A stretch of DNA of 60,000 bases, taken from positions 12,588,001 through 12,648,000 of the forward strand of contig CM052832.1 in NCBI GenBank assembly GCA_028534125.1, in the 5' to 3' direction. Below, in pieces: positions 51,560 to 60,000 of this stretch; within the stretch, counting starts at the first letter, position 1, and each line of letters opens with the position of its first letter. Made by a program: the position numbers and the translations under genes. The notes under the pieces were generated by a model. That model had not been told where the DNA came from. It saw only the letters and a list, made by a program, of their open reading frames with translations, and ran no database searches. Origin of the DNA: Lama glama (taxonomy: Eukaryota).

Positions 51560-51995
51560 AGGCTGTCCCCCAACATTCTTACCCTCTTCTAAAGCAATAG
51601 AATATCTGGGTGTTAGCAGGGCACACAGCCAGAATAAAGACTGTATTTCCCAGCTGCCTTATGGCTAGGTGTGGCCATGTGACTAAATTCTGGCCAATGA
51701 GATACAGGTCATTAAAGGGAGAGATGGTGCCCATCTTCTACTCCTCCTTCCTGCAAGGTGGAATGCAGATTGATGGCTGCAGCTCGCACTGCCATTGTGG
51801 ACAAGGTGGCCCATGCTAAGGATAACTGAACAGCAACACAAGATGGGGCCTGGGCCTCTGAAGACTTGGTGGAGCAGAGTCACTATTCCAGCCTGGACTG
51901 CTCACTTTTACACGAAGAAAAAATATACAACTAGCTCATTTAAGCCAGTATTGTTTAGAGATTTTCTGTTATTCACAGCCAAACCCAATCCAACC
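51560..51995. mobile_element. MLT1-type MaLR LTR (approximate)
   Basis: atttcccagc...gctaggtgtggccatgtgactaaattctggccaatgag...tttaagcca...ttctgttattcacagcc. Confidence 0.7.
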
Positions 51996-53995
51996 CAATA
52001 TATCACCCAAATGAAGGGTCTTTTAAAGACTTCCATGAGTCCCATCCCATATCATATCAAGCAAATTAAAATGTCTACATTAAATATAAATTGTAAATAA
52101 CTCTACAGGCAAGCTGAAGTCCAATTATCTAGTTAGCATAATTTATATTCTGTAAACATTTATACATTTCTTGACTTTAATTCTGCAATTTTCTCTGTAT
52201 TGAAACCAATTAATTAATTTTTCCAGGTCTCAACTATTTCCAAAGGCCCTTAAAAAGCTTCCATGCCCTAGGCATCAAGCTTATGAGTCAAATGCAGGAA
52301 ATGGCCTTGTACCCTATTGATTTCCCTGTTTCTAAAACATCCCAGCTCTCAACCCATCTGTGCCTCCACAGGCTAAAGGGCTATACCCCTCCTTTGAGGC
52401 CATACTGCCCTCAGGTTAAAGCTCAGACTCCTTGGTTCTGCTGACAAGGTCCTCATGCTCTGGCCTATGCTATCCCTCAGCCTCACCTTCCATTTCCCAT
52501 CCTGTGTCCCAGCTGTGGGATTCACTTGTAAGGAACATACTTCCTGGACATGACAAGTCGCATACTCCTTGGAGGGTCCCTGCTCCTCCTCTCCTGGGCT
52601 TGTTCCCCTACCTAGCAAATGCTCACATGGGACATGACTCCTCTGAGAAGCCTTCCCTGACGACCCCAGGCAGCCTGGTACTCTTCTCGTATCTCCAGGA
52701 TGCTCTGCAGATCCCACCTGTAGCTCCTGAGTCTTATCTAAGGTTTGCCCTTCCTTTTCCAGTGCCTTACCTGATACTTCCACAATAGGTCTATCTCCCT
52801 GACTAGGCAATGAGCTCTGAGGGTAGGGCAGTGGTGTTTGTGTTTGGGTCCCCAGCTCCGCACCCAATTTTCAAAATGGATTGCGGAATCTGTGGAGGCC
52901 TGGTCCACTCCCAAAGCCCAGCTCAGGTCAGTCTTCTTCTAGAAGTCTTTCCTGACCCCTCCAGCTTCACCTAGCCTCTCCCTGCTAAGATGTCAGGATG
53001 GGAAGGGCCTCCAAGGCCATCTGGTTCAACATCTCACAGAAGAGAGACTGACGCTCAGAGAGTCGAAGAGGTTTAGCCAAAGTCAGCCAACAGCTCAGTG
53101 CAAGATATGGGGGCTGGAGATGAGATCCTTGAGACCCTCTCCGAAGTCATTCTTTCCAAACTCTTATCATTCTCAAAGTATAAATGCTTCAGAGGTGGCT
53201 GAGAGCAGGCTCTGAAGTCAGACCGCATGGGTTCAAAATCCTAGCTCCACCACGTATTGATGTGTTACCTTAGGTAAGTTTCTTAAACTCTTTGAGCCTA
53301 AGTTTCTTCATCTCTAAAAACTCAAGATAAATCATCTAACCCATAAGGCAAATCATGAAGGTGAATGAGATCAATACAAAACCATCAGAACATAAAGTAA
53401 GTACTCAGTAAATGTTGGCCATTATTTCATTGTTATCTATTATTATTGGAATAAAGAGCAAAATCCCCTGCAAAATGTGGCCCCTGTCAACCTCTCTACT
53501 CTCACCTCACTCCATTCTCCCAGCTACACTCTCCTTCTTTCAGTGCTCCAAACAGTCCATGCACTTTCCTGCCTCAGTGCCTTTGTACATGCTGATTTCT
53601 TGGCCTGTCTTGCCTCTCTTCCACCCTCCCTTGCACTACTTTGCCTACTAAAATCCTGCCCCTCCCTCAGATCTCAAATCAAACATTCTGTCTTAGGTAA
53701 CTCTTTTCTGATTCTCATGAATCACAGTTTGCAGTGATATATTTACTTGTGGGATGATCTGAAAAATATTTGCCTCCTACTAAGTTCAATGAAGGCAGAG
53801 CCTGTTTTGCCCACCATTCTACTCCAGCGCCTAGCATGATGCCTGGCATACAACAAATGTTTAATAAGTGCATGTGGCATGAACAAATGGTATCCACCTC
53901 ACTGTGGCCTCTCTTTCTCAACTGCTGCCCCCACCTCCCCTCTGTGGGTCTCTCCAGCCCCCTCACACTTCCCTGTTGCCCCTCCAGTTGCCCAC

Positions 53996-54325
53996 CTGTC
54001 TCAGAGGAGATGTTGACCTCGACACTCAAGTCAGGCACAGGTGCCCCCGGGAAGGAAGCCACGCACAGGTACGTGCCATAGTCGCTGAAGTGTAGGTCGA
54101 TGAGTTCTAGGCTGCTGGTGACGGCAGGCAACTCAGGGTCATTGCGGGTTACCAGCAGCCTCTTGGACATGCGTGCTGGTTTGCCATTCTTGAACCACTG
54201 GTAGGTCACCTTCTCCTGGGGCACTGCATCCACATGACATGACAGCTTCAGGTCCTGGCCCAGCTGTATGTTCTCACTCTCTTTGATCACATCTGGGGTG
54301 ATCTGGAATGTGGCATTCTTCATAG
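53996..54325 (-). CDS. MDGA1: MDGA1 exon 7 (Ig4, SMKNATFQIT...NISSET)
   Basis: 330 nt, phase 1-1; Ig motif DYGTYLC. Confidence 0.95.
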
Positions 54326-56022
54326 CTATGGGTGGATGGGGAGGAAAGGGTGGTTTGAGGCTGGCCCAAAGCCAGAGTTCTATGTCCCACCCCCACCCCC
54401 CCAACCAGATGCAGCTTCTCCCCTCTAACTGGCCCTCCTGGAAGTTGGGGGCTACAACCCCCACTCCCAGGAGAATTCATCACTCTTCTCTGCTTGAAAG
54501 TTGTTCCGCTTGCTCAGATATGTTTCAGAAAGTTCAAAAAGAGCTCACTGTAGAAAAGTGGATGTAGTAATCATTACAGCCACTGTTGACCAAGCATACA
54601 CTATGTGAGAGGCCCTGCTCTAAGCACTTTATGTGGGTTTCCTCATTTAGCCCGTCCCACAATCTTTGTGGGAGGCACCTTGTTGTCCCTGTTGTACAAA
54701 GGCAGGAACAGAGGCTCAGATTGTTTAATTCACTTGCCCAAAGAAGTAAATAGCCAACCTTGAACTCACACTCAGAGCCTGCATTCTTAATTACTATACT
54801 GCTTTATTTTTATTATTGTTTTAGACCCTGAATATAGAAAACACAAATTTTGGAAGAATGCACCAGAATGTCATAGTGGTCCTATCTACAGAGTGGGACA
54901 GAGGGGAATTGAGGGGAAATTTTTAACTTGCTCTTTTGTGCTATTTAACTCTTTGCAACAAGTTTGCATCATCAAAAAACATCAATACAATCATTTTATA
55001 TGCAACTACAGAAAAATACAGAGTTTGGAAAGAAAAAGGTCTGGCCTCTTTTAAAAATCTGAATATTGTCTGATGTATGCCAAGAGTTAGACAGAATTCT
55101 TAATATTAGGTGCTCACTGGATAGGACTCTGGTACAACAACCATAAATCAGGACCGGTCTGAACAAAATGGTTACGTGTCACCTCAAGAGGTGACTGCAA
55201 GTATTTGATGAAAATCGCAATCTTATTAATTCAGGTTTTAAAGGCCAGATGGAATCAGGTGGAGAAAAACAATCTTCTGATGGGAAAAGTATCATCAAAG
55301 GAAAAGGTAGTAATCAGATAGCCACAGTTTGACTATTATCTTTCTCTCTGCTTAATCAGAATTAAGCCAAAAGTCATAGATAGCTAGCTTCTTTTTGGGA
55401 GGAGAGTCAGGGAGAGCACTAGTGAGAGATGAACAAAGAAGAGTGTTCATTTTATCAGAAGTCCCTCAGTTGAATTTGACAGAAGCTGTACTTTACTTTC
55501 AAGTGCTAAAGAGCTGGAAACAAGCCTGGATCTTTTAAAAAAAAATTCTTCAAAAATAAATTTTAAAACAACCTAAAGCTGCACAAGCAGAAGGATTTAA
55601 AGTTTTCTCCTTAAAGCAGAGCAGCAAAAATCAAGATCTTATCAAGCAGCTAATGGCCATTACTGAGGCTGAAGCTTAGTAAGAAAAGTATTTGTACGTT
55701 TTTAGATTGTGCAGCCTCAGTTTCCCAATCTAAAACAAATGTGGGCAATCAATACCAGCTCTTCCTACTTTTCGAATTGCTGAGGTGACATTTGAAAATG
55801 TAAATTTGTCAAGATTGTAAACGGCAGATAAAACTCTACACAAATTTTCGTCCTGTCATCTGCTGGCAGATACCTGAATTGCAGGGAAATCAAAGCTCTG
55901 GAACCTGCCTCCTCAGCCTCTCTCCCCTACCAAGGGGAAGCAGACAGGTCCCTTTCAGTTCCTGAGGGGCAGGGACCCTGTCTGCTTCCCGAGGTCCCTC
56001 CCACCCCTCCAGAGCCACGTAC

Positions 56023-56292
56023 ATCGCACCAGGAGGTTGACGGTCTTCTTAGCAGGATTGCCCACATTGTTGGTGGCTGTGCAGTTGTAGTAGCCAGAGT
56101 CTCGGGCCTGCACTGAAGGGATGCTGAGGGTGCCACCCTGGGCCAGAGCACCCAGGGGCAGTGGGCCTGGTCCATGGGACCACTGCAGCTGGGGCAGGGG
56201 ATCACCGCCTGTCAGCAGACACTGTACCGTCACATTCTCCCCAGGGTTCACCACCAGAGTTTCGTTCACAGACAGCTTCAAGGCTGGTGGTG
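56023..56292 (-). CDS. MDGA1: MDGA1 exon 6 (Ig3, APPALKLSVN...NLLVR)
   Basis: 270 nt, phase 1-1; Ig motif DSGYYNC. Confidence 0.95.
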
Positions 56293-56537
56293 CTAGGAGG
56301 ACAAGGAGGTGGGGTCTTAGGGGACTGTGAGGTAGGGCTGGATGCTGGGGAGAAGAAGCAGGGAGGGAAACCATGAAGGGCTGGGGAAGGCCTGCAGGGA
56401 GAAGGGAGGGAACACACGGAACAGAGGAGGGGACACACTCATGGTGATGTGCCTGGGGTCTGTGTAGGGTGGGCACCATCTCCTGGTTAGGGACTCAGCC
56501 CAGGTGGGCAAGGGGATGGGAGAGGAAGTGCCTGTAC

Positions 56538-56670
56538 CCGTGGTGTTGGTGAGCTGGAAGGTGACAGCCTTGTCTGGAATGCCGCACACGTTGCGTACAG
56601 ACACCTGGCAGGTGTAGCTGGCATAGTCCTGGGGCCGCAGGTTCTTCAGCTTCAAGACCTTGGTCTCCCC
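56538..56670 (-). CDS. MDGA1: MDGA1 exon 5 (Ig2, GETKVLKLKN...LTNTT)
   Basis: 133 nt; AG/GT boundaries; frame continuous with exons 4 and 6. Confidence 0.93.
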
Positions 56671-57505
56671 CTGGGCAGCAGTGGACCACTGGGGTGAGGA
56701 GCCTGCTTGAGTCTCCAGCGGTCTCATACACATCCACCAAGCACCAGAGCAAATTCCTATTCTAGTTCCCAACTTTCCCAACCTCCATACCATTTATCCC
56801 CAGGGACACAGAGCCTTGGGTGGGGAAGGTACCACACTCCCCATGCCCTGGACTTCCATGGGTCTGAGGGTGTCCTGGTACACACTGGCCAGGATGAGGC
56901 CTCAGTTGCCCCACTCTGGGAAATGGAAGGATAAGGAGGGAATCCTGCTTTGTCTTACAACCCATACAAACATAGGGCTGGGCCCACAGGCCATGGCCAC
57001 AGCCACAGCCACATATGGAGTTCTGACAGCCACCTAGGAAAGCTGCCTCTGAAAGTTCTCCCTGGCAGGATGGCTTCATCACCATCTCCTGGGACTGCAG
57101 GAGACCTGTGGGAAGTGAGTCATCTCTCTACCCCAACTCCTGCTCTGCCTGCCCATGAGTTCCCAAGACCCAGACAGCCAGCAGCAGGCAGGGATGACTT
57201 GTCTGCCCCTAGGGGGTGCCTTTCCCAACTGGCAATGTTCTTAGAGGACATGTTGCTTGAGGATTCTCTTGTCCTCACCATTGCTCCCTGACCTTTCTGT
57301 CCCGATTTGGTCTGCTCCAGGTTGTCTGAAGCCCAATTAGAATGCATGCTTCTGATGTCAGAAGAAAACTGTTGGAGTCAGGGCAGTCCCTGGAACTCCA
57401 GACAGTGAGGACTCACACCCCACCCCCAGAACCCTGCCTTGTAGGGTGCAGGAGGAGGAGTGTGGGATGAGCCATGAGACCGGGCCAGCTGCCGCCTGTC
57501 CTGAC

Positions 57506-57702
57506 CTGGGTGTAGAGGGGCTCGTAGATGTCGACCCCATTGTCCTGGCTGTGAGACAGGGTGTCAGAGCCCCGCTTCCAGATGAAGCGGGCAGGTGGGT
57601 TGGAGTTGACAGTACAGCGCAGGAACACCGTCTTCTCCTGGTAGAAGTTGCCTCGAACATCGCTCACCGTCTGGTGCACCGTCAGCATTGGCTCGTCCAG
57701 GT
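57506..57702 (-). CDS. MDGA1: MDGA1 exon 4 (Ig2, YLDEPMLTVHQ...EPLYTQ)
   Basis: 197 nt; ttgcag acceptor and CAG|GTCAG donor; translation recognised as MDGA1. Confidence 0.95.
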
Positions 57703-58081
57703 CTGCAAGGGCACAGCCCTAATGGAATCAGAGCTGGGTAATCCCAAGATGCGGGGCTTGGGCCCCTGGCAGCCCTCAGGGAAAGTTAAGTCACCCTCAT
57801 GGGATGCTTCCAGAGAGCCTCCCTGCCCTGCAAGCTTGACCAACCTGTCAGAAGCAGAGGACTGGACTTGATGGCTTCTCAGCTATCCCTCCCCAAGGAC
57901 CTGCATGGAGGGTGGGGGATGTCTATCTGCACCCTCCTATCATGGGATGGAGGAAGCAGCTGCAGACTAGAAATTAGGAAAACTTGGTTCAAATCCCAGG
58001 TTAGCTGTTAATTTGTAGCATGACCTGCCCAAATCCCTTCTCTCTCTGGGCCTGTTTCCTCACCAGTAAATTGAACTAGAC

Positions 58082-58500
58082 TGGTGGTTCTCACTCCTGT
58101 ATGCACAATAGAATCACATGGAGATTTTCTTTTTAATACTGATACCCGGCAGAGCTCACTGATGGTATCAGAAGTCAGAAGAGTGATTACCTCTAAGATT
58201 ATTGACTGGGAGAGGGCATGAAGGAACTTTCTAGGGTCCTTTCTAGGAAATGCTCTTGAACTGAATGGTGTTTACACATGAACATATATATGCAAGAATT
58301 CATTGAAATGTACATGGGATTAGTGCACTCTATTGCGTGTAGTTTAATACTCAACTTTTAAAAAATGTTTAAGAAAAAAATCCTTATGTCAGGCCCCCAC
58401 CCCCAATCAATTACATCAGAATCTCTGGAAGGAGGACCCACACATTATTATTTTTTTTTTAAAGATCCCCTTGAGAGTCTAATGTGCAGCCAGGGTTGTG
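58082..58500. mobile_element. MER5-type element interrupted by an L1 3' fragment (~58155-58370)
   Basis: MER5 halves (gtggttctca...tagaatcacatggag and caattacatcagaatctctgg...ctaatgtgcagccagggttg) flank agaagtcagaagagtgattacctct...atactcaac and an A-rich tail. Confidence 0.65.
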
Positions 58501-59088
58501 AATCAAAGGCAGCAACATTCCACAGCCTAACATCCAGTCATTCTGTCCTCCTTCCACAGCTCACTATGATAGAAGTCATAACCAAGGCCATGGGCAAAGG
58601 CAGGGTATTGGTGAAGCCCAAACTATGCCTGCCAGCTGCTTCCAGCTGCACTAATTTGAGAAACAACCCTCAGCCCCAGGGTCTGGCAGGTCCCCGGGTG
58701 GCTAATGGGAGACAGAAGAGAGGACCTGAGGTTCCATTGCTCAAGGTCCCACTTGGGAGCAGGGGTATATTTAATGGGTAGGTTCATTGCAGATATTAAG
58801 ATGGTGGCAGACAGGCCATTGGGCCTGGTGCCACAGTTTCTGAGTACCTACATCAGCCTGGGTGGGCACACAGGTGAGTGGCAAGCAGGGAGATAGCCTC
58901 TTGGGGATCAAGAGGATGGATGTCCATGGAGGAGAGGGAGGGACTGGGGTCTTCTCATTCAGCCACCAGCAAGGATTGAGGGGTGCCTGGTCCTGCAAGT
59001 GTTGGGGTAGGGAAGTTTCAGGTCTGCCCTGGGACAAAAACAGAGATATGAGGTTCTGTGGGAAGGACACTGGACCACAGTCAAAAGT

Positions 59089-59588
59089 NNNNNNNNNNNN
59101 NNNNNNNNNNNNNNNNNNNNNNNNNNNNNNNNNNNNNNNNNNNNNNNNNNNNNNNNNNNNNNNNNNNNNNNNNNNNNNNNNNNNNNNNNNNNNNNNNNNN
59201 NNNNNNNNNNNNNNNNNNNNNNNNNNNNNNNNNNNNNNNNNNNNNNNNNNNNNNNNNNNNNNNNNNNNNNNNNNNNNNNNNNNNNNNNNNNNNNNNNNNN
59301 NNNNNNNNNNNNNNNNNNNNNNNNNNNNNNNNNNNNNNNNNNNNNNNNNNNNNNNNNNNNNNNNNNNNNNNNNNNNNNNNNNNNNNNNNNNNNNNNNNNN
59401 NNNNNNNNNNNNNNNNNNNNNNNNNNNNNNNNNNNNNNNNNNNNNNNNNNNNNNNNNNNNNNNNNNNNNNNNNNNNNNNNNNNNNNNNNNNNNNNNNNNN
59501 NNNNNNNNNNNNNNNNNNNNNNNNNNNNNNNNNNNNNNNNNNNNNNNNNNNNNNNNNNNNNNNNNNNNNNNNNNNNNNNNNNNNNNNN
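59089..59588. other. Assembly gap (exactly 500 N)
   Basis: N run; same fixed size as the first gap. Confidence 1.
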
Positions 59589-59621
59589 GAAGGCAGCTGA
59601 GAAGTTGAGCTCGTCCAAGGT

Positions 59622-59768
59622 AGCGTTGCCAGATAAAACACAGAATGAGCAGTTAAATTTGAATTTCAGATAAACAAGGAATTTTTTAAAGTATAAATGT
59701 GTCCTGAATGTTGCATATTAAATTCAAATGGGCATCCTGTATTTTTGATTTGCTCCATCTGGCAACCT
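59622..59768. mobile_element. MER53-like palindromic MITE, apparently inserted in a MIR
   Basis: Terminal inverted repeats gttgccagat / atctggcaac; internal cagttaaatttgaatttcagataaacaa. Confidence 0.75.
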
Positions 59769-60000
59769 GAGTCCAAGGTCGCCGAGCAAGTAATGGTGGA
59801 GTCAGGGTTCCAACCCCAGCTTGCCACTGCCCTCCACTCCAATAGGATCTTCACTAAGGCCCCGACAGCTGGCAAGAGAAGCAGGTGGATTTGAGACTAT
59901 TTAGTAAATCAAACCAGCAGGGCTAGGAAACAGATTTGATATGGAGGCTGAAAAAAGCCCAGTTTCTGGCTCTGGTAGATAAGAGTCAGAAAGGAGGCTT

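Overview
This is mammalian genomic DNA, probably a camelid or other non-ruminant artiodactyl judging by its repeats. It covers the MDGA1 locus, encoding a GPI-anchored neuronal adhesion protein with six Ig domains, an FnIII domain and a MAM domain. Two exact 500-N gaps split it into three contigs. The CpG-island promoter and signal-peptide exon 1 are on the + strand (6878-6944). Exons 4-17 and a ~4.9 kb 3'UTR are on the - strand of the middle contig, all with GT-AG boundaries and a continuous reading frame. Exons 2-3 are not in the window. This opposite orientation is most likely a scaffolding error. The most interesting unannotated structure is in intron 9: a ~477-nt AG-free polypyrimidine zone before exon 10, with distant branch point candidates and a candidate stop-containing (poison) exon just upstream. 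Other points of interest are a 24-nt microexon with UGC motifs, an in-frame stop-free intron 15, a uORF ending 2 nt before the start codon, and a ~1.5 kb higher-order minisatellite next to an LTR. Exon numbering and repeat family names are from recognition only; no database search was run.
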